Shown here: positions 40,285-53,108 of the stretch, piece after piece
How positions within the stretch are numbered: the stretch's first letter is position 1
Layout: every line of letters begins with the position of its first letter
Assembly (NCBI RefSeq): GCF_964204645.1
Contig: NC_134027.1
Location: 2,016,485 to 2,080,484, forward strand
Direction of reading: 5' to 3'
Source: Tubulanus polymorphus
Taxonomy: Eukaryota > Animalia > Nemertea
Length of the DNA stretch: 64,000 nucleotides
Position numbers and translations under genes: made by a program
The notes under the pieces: model-generated
What the model was told of the DNA's origin: nothing
What the model saw: only the letters and a program-made list of their open reading frames with translations
Database searches by the model: none

Positions 40285-42193
40285 TCATTTCGGTTCATTA
40301 TCTGTCGGTTCAAGCGCCTTCGGAAGCCATTCTCCTGATGGACCTTCAAAGTGGAACCTAAATGTATTGTCAAAATTATATTATAAAATGTATAACAGTA
40401 GTTCGTAGTGGATGTTTATACATTGATCTTCATAGTTTGTATGATTATTATGTTGATTAACTTACACTGAGCAAATCGAATTGGCAATACAAATTGGAAC
40501 TCAAAAATACAAGTAATGACATATCCATGGATGAGTGAGTATGACTATTTTCTTATGAACTCACCCAAATTCATGAGTAGCTGTTGTTACTTCTGTATTA
40601 AACTCTGCAACAGGTATACCTCGAGCAGCAGCTGCTGGTGCATACATAGCAGCCGGATAAACCACAGATGATGTTCCTACCTGAATAATTCATTAATAAA
40701 AAAGGCAGTGCTGTAACAAACAGTGGGATTACAGAGACAATTTCCGATGTAGTTTTCTTTACTCACAACAAGACAAAGATCGCAGTTTTCTAACTCTTGA
40801 TCCACCTTGAATAAAACATCCGGATCTAACGCCTCTCCGAACCAGATTACATGAGGACGTAACAATCCTCCACAATCAGACAATTTACAGCGAGGCAACA
40901 GCTCAACTGGAATCCTTGCATCTACAGCGTTCAGATCTGGAGCACTTAAAAACATCCACATACAATCTACTACCGGTCAGTTCCACAGCTGTGAGTTATC
41001 ACTCGTTGAATATGAACTCAAAACCGTAGAGCTGGATCCTGAAGTACAAATTTGAGTATAATAACCGGTAATTCAAATAGTGTAAATCATTTGTACCCTT
41101 TATCACGAAGTGCTTCACAAATCGGGCTATCCCTGTTCTCCTCTACATTTCCACATGATGTACATCGAGTCTTAAATAAATTACCTGCGCGATTATAAAA
41201 AACGCTTGATTATTAGAGTAGTACACTAAAACAGCAGCACAGTCAAACTCGCTTAAGCCCTCATAGCTAGGATGATCATATGTTGATGGCTTAAATGATG
41301 ACTTACACTTAGTAAATTGAACTGAAAATACACTGGGCCACAAAAATAGTTACAACTTAAGTGAAATGTTGACAAATTAACAAAGTTCAACTGTGAGTAT
41401 TGAATGTAAGTAACTATCATCAATTACCGTGCAGTTCAATGATATTTGTTGATCCACTTTTAGCATGAAGTGAATCAATATTCTGAGTAATAACAACCAG
41501 ACGCCGACCTTGTTTTTCGAGTCGTTTTTCACATTCAGCGATGGCTTTGTGTCCGTTATTCGGTTGTTTAGTGATCATCACTTCTCTTCTGTAGTGATAA
41601 AATTCCCAAACGAGTGATGGATTTGCGGCAAACGCATCTGGACTAGCTAGTTGCTGAAACATTGAACTAAAAAGTGAAGCCCGGTCTTAAGTTGGTTAGT
41701 GAAAATTGATCTATCATCGACATGTCCAGGCGCTGAGGATCTAAAATAGCTTTACAGTTATTTGGCTTTGATTCGTCAACTATTTGCAGTGAAACTGAAA
41801 CCGAAAACTGTAGAACCTCTGGGTCCTTCTAATTCTCTAAGAACTTACAGGGGCTTGCCATGTTCTCCAATATCCTCCGGCTCCTCTGAATGTTGGCACT
41901 CCGCTTTCAGCACTGATTCCTGCTCCGGTAAGTACAACTATATGTTTAGCGTTACTGAAGTTTTTGCGGAACTTAGCTAAGTCTGAGCTCGGTCTAGTCG
42001 ACATCTTCGAGTTTGATGTATGAAAATAGAGAGTGCACAAAGAATGCCAAACTGTTCCTAGGCTATAAATATTTTGCTTAAGTATCAAAAATTGTGCAAT
42101 GAATGAGATTATATGGCTTTGCCTTCGACAGCGGCCTGATGCAAATTGGTGTTTGTTTGTGTACAATCTTGGCCTTTGTTGGGAAAAGTTCAT
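40285..42193 (-). CDS. SIRT5: NAD-dependent deacylase sirtuin-5 (start at ATG 42193 or 42004)
   Basis: [46 protein letters not shown] (class III Tyr/Arg), [37 protein letters not shown]. Confidence 0.95.
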
Positions 42194-42423
42194 GATCTTA
42201 GTTTTCAATTTCACTCTTTTTCTGACTTTTTCAGCGACAATTGTATTCAAAATTCCCAGAATTAAGTATATGTTATGTAGATATTACAACCAACCTTGAT
42301 GAAATGTACTGTCACTGCTAACAGACTACGTGCGGAGGTAGTTAACATCATTTTGACAGTTCCATTTTTGCATCAATAAAATGTATTTGGATTTTTAAAT
42401 CGAGTGGTGGCGCTGCATTCAAA

Positions 42424-44071
42424 ATGGTGGACACACTTTTAATAATTGGGATTTTCGCTTTAGTTTTTCTTATTTTACTCACTCTAATCGCCGCTGTCTT
42501 GTATTCGGGACTGCTTGAAAATGTGCAGATCGGAGCAGGGAAACCATTTGTAAAAAATCTAGTCGTTGCTTACAAATTTGAGCAAGGACCGTACAAAAAT
42601 GTGGGTGATTTGTTCACTCGTACAGTCGCGCTGGCTCCCGATAATCGATCTTTCGGGGTCTATTACGATGATCCCAGAGAGGTAAATATAACGACCTCAT
42701 GTCTGACAGACAGTTATCGCCGCCCAGACCCGGCAGTAGACATAGACTTGATTCAAACATATAACAGGAAAAATAATTTTCTTAAATAAGGGGAGACCAC
42801 GAATAGCTTGTCAAAATGCAGGGACAGGGTAGGGATAAGTTGTCTGCAATAGTAGGGTACGAGTAAGTGTTGACCTGCTGACAAAAAAAAACAACCCATA
42901 CATCATTGACTATCCAATCCGATATAGGCCTACAGACAGTTCATTCAAATGCAAGTTCATTGTGAACTGTGGTTGTAATATTATTTGATATTGTATTTTA
43001 GGTTCAAGCGGAGCATTGTCGGTACATAGTAGGATCTATATTAGCCGAGGGCCAGGAACAGGAAACAGATGAAAACGTTCGTCAAACACTGGTGAAGAAT
43101 GGATATCATCTGTACTCATTTCCGGCGGTTACTAACTGCGTGAAGACTACATTTCCGTATCGTACAAGTTTATCTTGTTTGATCGCTGTCTATAGAGTTT
43201 ATCCCCTTCTAGCCAACTATATTAAAGTACGTTTCGCCTGAATTATGAGGAAGTTGATACTTTGTCAGTATGGCATTATTCTTCAAGGTCGAACTAATCA
43301 TAACAGCTGCCAGTTATAGAAATGAACTGATTACAAATTTCATCGCAGTTTACAAAATTACCCAGACGATTAGGTGAAACTAGTGTCATTTTCTTTTAGC
43401 CTTTTTGTAACCCTTAGTGAAAATTAACCTTTTTATCAATATGGCTAAGTAGCGGTTCCTAGGATAATGCCATATTAGCAAAATATCCACTAACTGAATT
43501 CATTCTCAGTCATCGTATAATAGTTATATTAATTATCAGGAGAATCGCCTGTGCGCTCATCCGATGATGGAGATCTATGACGGGTTCGAGATCCAGTTTA
43601 TGGCACCGTTGGCGAAACAAGACGAGTTTTATGTTCCCGAAGTACGAGATGAAGATGAAGAAGATGATGAAAGTGTTGTGACGGAGAGTAGTTTCATAGA
43701 GACAGCTTCAGCATCAGTTTCTGGTGAGTAATGAGATTATCATTATCAGAGTACTAGTGTAGATATTGAAACATAACCGAGCAATAAAGAATACTTCGAT
43801 CTCAAATACGCGAACAATTTCAGCTCCTACTGAAGTCGGTAAATTGAAGCCTCCGACGAAACTCCTCGCTCAGAATCCCGAAGCGGTCACCGACGTAAAA
43901 GAGCTGTCTCCGGATCAAGATTCGTCGAAGCCACCGACGCCGACCGATGACTCGAAATCATCCGATAACGGAGCTAGTTCGGCTTCGTCATTCGAAGACT
44001 TGAATATGGACCAAGATGACATGAAGAAATGGTCAGAATTGAACGAAGAAGTGACACAACCTGAAAATTAA
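42424..44071 (+). CDS. TEX264: TEX264 ER-phagy receptor; exons 42424-42681, 43002-43226, 43540-43723, 43824-44071
   Basis: N-terminal TM helix ending YSGLL, GyrI-like domain (YKFEQGPY..G.LFT, GVYYDDP, CRYIVGSIL, RLCAHPMMEIY, PLAKQDEFYVPE) and a disordered tail with LIR motif SSFEDL. Confidence 0.93.
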
Positions 44072-45904
44072 CTTGCGTTGGAACAATACAGACATCAGAC
44101 CAGCAGAGGCAGGCACGTGTGTTTAATCTTGAAATCAAGTTTTGAAAACTGAGACTGCAAATTGTGTTAATTCAATTGTGACACTTTATTGTACAAATAT
44201 CTACTTACCATCGCCGATCAATTCTATTTAGACAGGGCCGGAAGTCACTCGTGTTAAGGTCATAACTATTATTGCAAAATTCAAATAATACAGCGCCATC
44301 TTCATCGGATTTCTAATGAATGTTGTTGCTGTGTTGCTGCATTGTATTTGTGTGTTAAGATGTCTAGTACTGGTAAATTGAATCTGCTTTTCATATCAAT
44401 ATTCAATGTACTTCCGGTGTATAACTCAATCTGGGGAGTTTAGTGGTGAATTCATTGATTTTTCAATCATGGTTATCTCAATTGAGGCATTGTTCACTTC
44501 ATTAATGATGTGTAAATGTACTAGATGTGAATAATTATTAATTCTAGATATTGCATTTTTCAATAAAGTCTCAATTCATTGGCTCGGTGTAAGATATTTA
44601 TAACTAACATTGTGCTTTGATAGCCGTTAAACATTACTTGAACATGACCGTTATGAGGTATATGTACTTTTATTGTCTGTATTTCAACTTATTTTTTGTT
44701 AAATGATTTCAAAATGTGATAGTTTCATAATAAAATGAATAGTTATTGTACGATGTATGAAGAATGTACTTATTCTTAGTTATTTCATGGTTTGTGGTAG
44801 TAAGCTCCAGCGCTTTTATTGTGGACAAAGGAAAAGGAGTCAGTGGTACTGCCGCACATATCTATTGAATTCCCCTGTGATAGACCTTGTCCTCTATTCA
44901 TGATTTGTCAAACCATAACAATAACGTCTTCATGGACAGACCGCCGACCCTGTACACATGCACTGATGAAATAAATTCGAATCATATTTATCAGAACGTG
45001 GTTTTAAAGTCTAACCATTCGTAGAGATTCGATCGAAAAAAGTGTCGCCATCGAGAGGAAAATAAGCTCAAGTTTTCCGAATGAAAATGAAATGAGATAC
45101 AAAGCAATGAATTTTTTAATATAAAATTTTTTTTCCTTTAATAAAACATCCTTGTTAGCAGTGCATTTTAGTGGTACATAAAGCATCGCATCAAATTCAA
45201 AAACATGAGAAAGCTGCATTATTTTACAAATGTTGAAACAAACTTCACTCGTGCTGACTTCGATACATTCAAGTTCTAGCTCTTGATTTGTCAATTGATG
45301 AAATGATTTCATAATGAATTATAACTAACGAAATTCAGTACAGTTCTCTATATTTCTTTGACTAGATGAATCAATGACATGTGGCAAGCAATACTGCTAA
45401 AAAAAAACCATGTACCAAGTATATCATAAAGTGGTGTAAATGCGTGAAATATACTCCGAAAAAGTGCGTAAATAATTTCGAATTAAGACAAAAATCATGA
45501 AAAACCGCAGGATTGGGTTTTATAGACCGGTGTTTTATCCATTCGAACCGGTTTAAAAAACTAAGATCTGGATAACATTTCAACCAAACACAATCATTCT
45601 TATTCGAGTAAAGATTTTTAACAATGATAGTAACCATTTGGCAATTTACAAAAAGCATATTCAGCATACCCAATTTAGAATAGACATGATCGCCATTTAA
45701 CTGTTTATCACAGTTCAAATAACAAAAACTATCTTAGAAAATACACCTAAAAATATTCATACATAGTATGATTTTAGTCAGTCCCTGCACTGTGACAACA
45801 ATGTTGCTAATCTATATATTTTTATATATGTATATATATAAGTATACATTACAATTTAACAATCACATTAAATGTCACATGGTTTCTCCATAGTAATGTT
45901 TTGT

Positions 45905-48900
45905 TCAGTGAAGCGGGAGTGGATTCTGTAATCTCGGGATTTGTTGTTCTTTCAGACGTTTAATGCGACGAGGTGTCGTTGAATTATCCGAGTCGCTATC
46001 CGTTACTAAATCTCGTTCTAATTCATTTATTTGAGGTACGTAAGTCCACAGTCCGATACTACCATCCCACTGTAAAATAACATTGTTGTTTAAAGAGATG
46101 ATGAGTCTAAAGGTAGATTTCAATTGAACCTTTTCTGCCTTAGGTTTTACCAAAATGCATGAAGAGTTCCTGGTGAAATGGTTGTGAATCTTACAAAGCA
46201 AAAAGCCTAAAACAAACCTTTTTCTTTTTAGCTTCCAAACTAATATCAATGCTTAGTTCAATGTCTGTTTCCTCAGTTGATACAATAATTAGGCATGTAG
46301 CTATTCAGGCAATGTAATAATAGCCTTTTAAAATCAACAGTTATTGTTTCGTACATATGAAAAGGGGTTTAATGTCTTACCGATGTACTCATGATATTGT
46401 TTTCATAAGGATGCCATGAAGCATCCCGTACCACAGCCCTGTGTTCATCAAGTTTTGTGACGATCTTTCCGGTGAGAGTATCATAAACTACGAACAGAAA
46501 TTTATTTTGTAGAATCGACGATAAGATATCGCATCAACGTACTAAAATCAAGGTTCCTACAATTCCTGGTATCCAGAATTCAAGGACTTTTCAAGGAATT
46601 TTCAAGGAGTAATTTTCAAAATTCAAGGAGGTTTTCGCGGTCATATATAAGGAAAAAAAGTCGAAAATTCAAAAACAAAATCCATGTTTTTCTCAAATTT
46701 TGATCAGTTGTTGTGTGTGCCGTTTTGGTTTTACATGTTTAAATGTTTTAAATCTCAAAGTGAAACAACTTTCACTCACAAGTCACACAATGAAGAATAA
46801 TAGAATACACTGTCTTCTGAAAAGGACCTTTTGAATATTTTTAATAAGACTTTCCCAGAATTTAAGGAGTTTCAAGGAGTTTATGGATATTTCTCAAAAT
46901 TAAAGGATTTTCAAGGACCTTGAAAAATATATTCAAAAATCAAGGAGTTTTCAAGGATTCAAGGAGTTGTAGGGACCCTGAAAATGGTGAATATCAGATA
47001 ATGAACATACCGACAACGCTACCAGTAGCGCACCCTGTATAAATGAATCTACTGCCAGTCGTGAATTCAGGTGAAAATCGAGATCGGATTAAAGTGTGCA
47101 GTACACTGTGTCCCATATACGTCATCACAGAAGAATCACCAGGAAGCATACGCTTCTTTATAGCTACAAAACAACGATCGCGATTAAACTCTCATTACAA
47201 CGCCGAAATACCTCGGGTATGTCCGATACACTATCGACAATACCAAAATCTAACCTTACTTCTTTTAGGAAACTGCTGCCATCTATAATCCCAAGTCTGT
47301 TTAGAAACTGCTCGTTTAGTTGCCTAGATACGAAATTGGATACGACAATGAAGAATGTATAAATATATGCAGTAACGTATTCTAAAAGAGAACTTCCATA
47401 CCTGAACCGCGTCTGAAGATGCAAACTTCCTGATGTCCCATAATTTAATACTTTGATCTTTACAGTTAGACAACAAATACCTGGCATCGCCCTGAAAACA
47501 GTTGATATATCTATAAACAGACACGTTCAGGTGCGTATACGAGCACGCCACACTGTGATCGTGACTACGTTACCTTACTATCGATGTATGTAATACCATC
47601 AGAATGACCGGCTAATGTACCAACAGGCGTAGGATGATCTTCACTCAAAGTTCGTCTATCCCAAACCTGAGAAGTTAAGATAAATTCTTTCATATAAAAT
47701 TCAAATAATCATTCCTCCGCTTGCCTAGGATCTGACGGGACGAATTAATTCTCTGCGAGGCATGCAAATTCTGGGGCTGTTGGTGCAAGGTTCGTATCAT
47801 GATTTGTAATATATTGTCAGGAGGGGCACGGGATAATCAGAGGTAATTGAATCCGAAATTGTGTACGTTACCTTCAGAAGACCATCATCACCTCCACTGA
47901 ATAAAATATTTGACGTTTCATCAGCAAACGCAACAGCATTCACATCATCATCGTGACACTCGATCTTCAAATATCGATAGAAAAAAAATACAGAAAACTC
48001 ATCTCGGGTTTCATTCATTCGTGAGATAAAAAACTAACTAACTTTCAGTGTGCGCGTTTGACAATCTCTATCATACACATACAAACAACCATCATTAGCA
48101 CTGAAATAAATATCAAAATCTCTTCAATCAGAAAATAACACTTTCCCCTTGTAAAATAAATACATTCTGGATCGACTTTCTTTCTGAGGAAACCTTTATA
48201 ATCAAAGTAATTACCGATCAAAAACCGCTGGGGTTTGAGCCAACATTTTTCAAATCCAGTATGATGGATTTCATCAGTCCCAACTGATCCAGATTAAGTG
48301 GGTTTGAATGTACATTTTTAAACGAAAAACTCACCCGCCCATAATTTCTCTATTATCCATCGAGAAAGTGAGTGAGAATATACAAAAACGACTGTCAGCA
48401 GGACGCAGATTCAGAGCCTGATGAATTTCCTGATCGCCATAAATATTACACAAATGTACTTTAACAACAAAAAAAAACAGTTAATAAACTAATCATTCAA
48501 TTCAAAGTTGAGTCAGAGAGTGAATAATAACAATAAGAAGGTGAACTCACTGCATTCAGACCAACTAGAATAAATGAGGTAGTTTCCATCAGGACTGAAA
48601 GCTACATCTAAAATACTCCAACCAACATCACGAGCTCTTATCGTATTAAATAACTTAAATTGACCATTTGTAGAATCGTATAGACGAATATTTCTATCTA
48701 AAATATCAAAACAGATCGAAAAAACAACGTTAACAAGTCGATAACTTGAGTCGTGATTTGATCAGTTATTTACCTTGGCAAGCAGAGAGGAAGACTTCAC
48801 CATTTTGAGAATACATTCCGCAGAAAGCTTTGTGACTATACTTCGCTTTTCTTTCCATTAAATTTGGCAAGAAACTGCAAGAAATACTTGATAATAAAAT

Positions 48901-50043
48901 GAGTTCTATTGAACTCGATTCCGATGTGATGATTGCGAATGTATTTACTTTGAACTGGCTAATGAACGATCTCCTTGATGAAAATGTTCTTTCTTCCGAC
49001 CGACCACTCCTAACTCCCTCTGATTATAACAAAATATTATATCATCAGTTAGTCACAGATACAAACACTTCTGTCTTAACATCAGAATTCATTTCTATTC
49101 AACGTACGTGTAATAGTTTATGTTGCATATGTGGTTTGCATTTATTATGCAGATATTGAAATCTTCCTGAGTTCAGCAGTATCTGTTGCCTTAATTCACT
49201 CATCTATAGACACAGATATAGAGATGACACATATAATATACCTGTAATAACAACTTATTCAAAACAGGCAGCTAAATAGGAAACGAAACTCACATCAAGT
49301 TCACTTGTATCCGGCGCACAAATAACTGAAAATAAATATATAATTGATGAATTAATTATCTTAATTTCATTTCAAATAAGGCAAGCAGCAGGTTTTCTAA
49401 GTCTTATTTGATGTAAAGTTCACAAACGGTGATAATAAACTAGGGAAAGAGGAATAGATAAATATGTTATATTTCATGTCATCGCGGTTGATCTCGGTAA
49501 ATTGCGTCATCTCAGTAATAAAGGACGACCGGAAAGAGGTACGGATCACATGACAGTGCAGGCTTTAAACAATGATCGCACGCAGTAACCGTCCGTCCTG
49601 TACTAATAACATAGCTCATAATGTACGGGTATTGTATCAACCTTTTGGGGGTTTTCTGGTGCCTTCGAATTCATCTTCATCATCATCGTCGTCATCGTCA
49701 TCATCATCATCTTCACCGTCCCGTAAACTCCCTGGTATGATTCGCACTTGACCACTGAAAAACGAGGACAGACATTGTTCCACATGAAATTCGTAAAAAT
49801 ATTTTTAAAATGCGTGAAAATATCTTTAAGATATCTACTTGCATCGAACATATGTCGAATTATCAATCAAAACAAATGATAAACTGACCTTCTAATGAGA
49901 TATGATAACAAAGTAACTAAATCGGAACCTTCTTCATCCTGGGAACCTGCAGCAGCAGCAGCAGCAGCAGATGCTGGAGGTCCTCCATCATTATCATTAT
50001 TAGTACTCATTCCTCCGCGTCTTCTCGAGTAATTAGAACCCAT
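45905..50043 (-). CDS. DCAF11: DDB1- and CUL4-associated factor 11 (WDR23)
   Basis: MGSNYS..DLVTLLSYLIR, KAFCGMYS, ARDVGWSILD, HDDDVNAVAFAD..LFSGGDDG, GDARYLLSNCKDQSIKLWDIRKF, WDYRW, PGDSSVMTY.GHSVLHTLIR. Confidence 0.93.
46549..46980. mobile_element. Non-autonomous DNA transposon with TTCAAGGA subterminal repeats in a DCAF11 intron
   Basis: Termini CAAGGTTCCTACAATTCC / GGAGTTGTAGGGACCCTG; many (T)TCAAGGA units at both ends; AAAAT on both flanks. Confidence 0.75.
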
Positions 50044-50186
50044 TCAAGCATAACTTGCAGCCTCCAAACGCGACGTAATGCGAAGAAACTTCAACAAATA
50101 TATTTTTGTTTACAACAAAGTTACGTAAATCTTTCCCTAGGTAGCGCTGCTGATATTCAGTACAGCTACTGCTAAACAAATTATAT

Positions 50187-50205
50187 ACTTCCGGTTTACT
50201 TCCGG
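50187..50205. promoter_or_regulatory. Tandem ETS/GABP sites in the DCAF11-IMPA divergent promoter
   Basis: ACTTCCGG twice (50187 and 50198), 11 bp apart, within the ~280 bp between the two ATGs. Confidence 0.65.
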
Positions 50206-50325
50206 GTTTTGATTTCTGACAATTTGGAGTTTGGAGTTTTTCAGGTTTGTCTGACTTATCATGCTTGTTTATATAGTTTCATCGTGTACGTATCATTCGT
50301 TATCCTTTATTGTTTATAGGTAACC

Positions 50326-53108
50326 ATGGCTGAATCTGACTTATATTTCAAAATAGCACAGGGTGTTGCACTGGAAGCTGGAGAGGTAAATCCCCTTATC
50401 TAATTCAATACTAAAAAATCATCTTATGTCATGTGTGTATAAACCATGATAACGGTTTTACATTTGAAATATTTTTTGATCATAAGATAATCAAAGAGGC
50501 TTTCTATAAAGAGAAGGAAATCTGCACCAAGGAATGTTTTGCCGATTTAGTCACCGAAACGGATCAGAGAGTTGAAAAAACAGTTATTTCTATAATCAAA
50601 GAACAGTTCCCAACTCATAGGTACGATTAGTCTGAATACGAAATGTAATTTCTCATTCAATATGATGAATTGAATTATTGCAGGATCTGTTTGATTATAG
50701 TTTTATAGGTGAAGAGAGTATTGCGTCTGGGGAACGATGTAAACTGACTGATAATCCTACATGGATTATTGATCCTATCGATGGCACAACAAACTTCGTT
50801 CACAAGTGAGAAGAATCTTTAGTTTATAATTTAATGCAGGTATCAATTCGTAGCCTGAACCCTACCATTACATTATCACCATTTTTCAAATCGTACAAAC
50901 ACTTGACATTGGACATTTCATCAGCAAACTTTCAATACACTTTTCGCCACTCTTCATACTTGAATGTTGAATGTCTGAAGCAGGTGTTTCAGTTGCAGGC
51001 TGCAGATTGACACATTTATGATCTACAAGATTTTTCCGGTCACTTTTCAGATATCTTTATATTTTCAGGTTTCCATATGTTTGTATATCGATAGCTTTAC
51101 TTGTCGACAAGCAGGTTGGTAGTAGTAACGCGTTAGTAAAATGCGGCCAATGTATTCAAGTAGATCTATTCATAATGAGATAATCGTATTCGTCATTTCA
51201 GCCTGTTGTTGCGGTAGTTTATAATCCGATTCTCAATGAAATGTACACTGCTCAACCGGGGAAAGGTGCATTCTTAAACTATAAACCAATCCATGTATCA
51301 AAAGCTTCGGGTAATTTTTTTTTCCGAAATTGAAACCTCTGTGAAATGTGTCGACGATGATATTTTGATGAATGCAATACTTTTTCAGATTTAAAATCAT
51401 GCTCAGTTTTATCGGAGTATGGAGGCAATAGAGAGGAAGAATTACTGAGTATTAAAGTCAATAATATTCATAACGTTGTTCGCTCTTGTCAAGGGTGAGA
51501 AGATGTTGGGCATGATCCTTTCTTCTTCCTCTTTCGTTTGATTCTTTTCTGTGTGTTTATTTTTTTATCCCTAATGCGTTTAGAATATCATTCAAGCATG
51601 TTTGCTGTTGCTTCATTTTCTTTTGGCTTAAATTGAGATGATTGGAGAAAACTACGTGTAATTTCAGATGTTAACAGATGTCTATTTATAACTGATCTCT
51701 GGTTCTCGGGTCAGATTTGTAAACTTTCTAAGAAATGTCGGAATGTCGAGAAAGCATCGAGCTGTTGTCAAGGGTTGGTAGTTATTGAATAAGAATCTAC
51801 AATCAATGTCCTTTATATAACGCCATTCTTTTAATGCCACTGAATGCCAACATTTTTCAGAGAACAAATCTGCCAAATCTTACTCAAATTAAATGGAAAT
51901 ATCATTCTTTATAATGCCAAATTCGTTACAACTTATGTTTTTCAATTGTGCCAACAGTTGCGTTATAAAGGACTTTTACTGTAGTAAAATTTCATCTTTG
52001 ACGGATTCTCCAGTCAATCTCAACAATATAATATATAAATTCAGTTTGTTGCACTTATACCTTCCTGTTGTCACTGCATCGCATGTGCTCTACTTGATTG
52101 TTTGATTATTGTTGAGTGATTCTTTATTTAATTTCAGATCTATCTCAGTGTCTTCTAGCAACAAACCTTAATTGTCCCGGTCAATCCCTGCTCTCATCCC
52201 AAATATGCACAAATGTTGGTCATATGTTTTCACAATGTAGAGGGTAATGATTTCACCTCGGGGCCAGTTGTGCAGTTATGACTTAAGTCTAAAAATGGTC
52301 TTAAATCTTAAGATTGTGCTTTTGCTTACCTGCTGCTTTTTAGAGCGGCTTTATATGCAAGATGGCCTTAGACGGCCTAAGATATAAACTTTGACTGTGC
52401 AACAGGCCCCTGAGAACTATTGATTAATACTATTCAATTCATCTACAAATCGTGAATTTCTTGGCTTTATTTCATTTTCTCTTATTCTTGGTATATAACT
52501 ACGATGATAAGTTATAGTTTATTTGATTGAATCTGATTTCAGAATACGTTCTGTAGGAAGTGCTGCTTTGTCTATGTGTCTGGTAGCGCAGGGTTCCGCT
52601 GATGCCTATTTTGAACACGGTATTCATTGTTGGGATATCGCTGCTGGAATGCTTATCGCGAAAGAGGCCGGTGGCGTGGTCGTAGATACTGAAGGTAAAT
52701 ACTGACACAAATCTCGCATAGAATTAACCATGTTATACTATTAAGTTTTACTTCATTCAATGACTCTGCAGTCACTGAGGTACTTTAGTCAAATCGACAA
52801 TCCATAAACTATTTCTGTATCTGCTAATTTCATTCTTTGGAATATATCTTGGATTGAATCTCAATATTATAAACTCATAATGTATTTTTTTAAACATTTC
52901 GTTGTTGATTTATATCATTAAGTTTGACTATACTTTCGTATTCCAGTTAACTATATGTATCACTAATTTTCTGAGGATAATGTGAAGTAGCATTTTTTCA
53001 GGTGGAGAATTCGACTTAATGTCTCGACGATTAGTTTGTGCTAATAACCAGAAAATAGCTGAGGAGATCGTTTCACTCATCGAAGACGTTCCTTTCCAAC
53101 GAGATTAG
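50326..53108 (+). CDS. IMPA1: Inositol monophosphatase (IMPA1/2 family)
   Basis: [63 protein letters not shown]-terminus PFQRD*. Confidence 0.93.
52260..52410. mobile_element. MITE with GGGGCCAGTTG-type termini (related to family 1)
   Basis: GGGGCCAGTTGTGCAGT ... ACTGTGCAACAGGCCCC inverted termini. Confidence 0.6.

Noticed and set aside
46560-46970. Repeat array superficially like CRISPR or a satellite
   Set aside because: Short degenerate subterminal repeats inside a TIR element in a eukaryotic intron; no spacers or cas genes.
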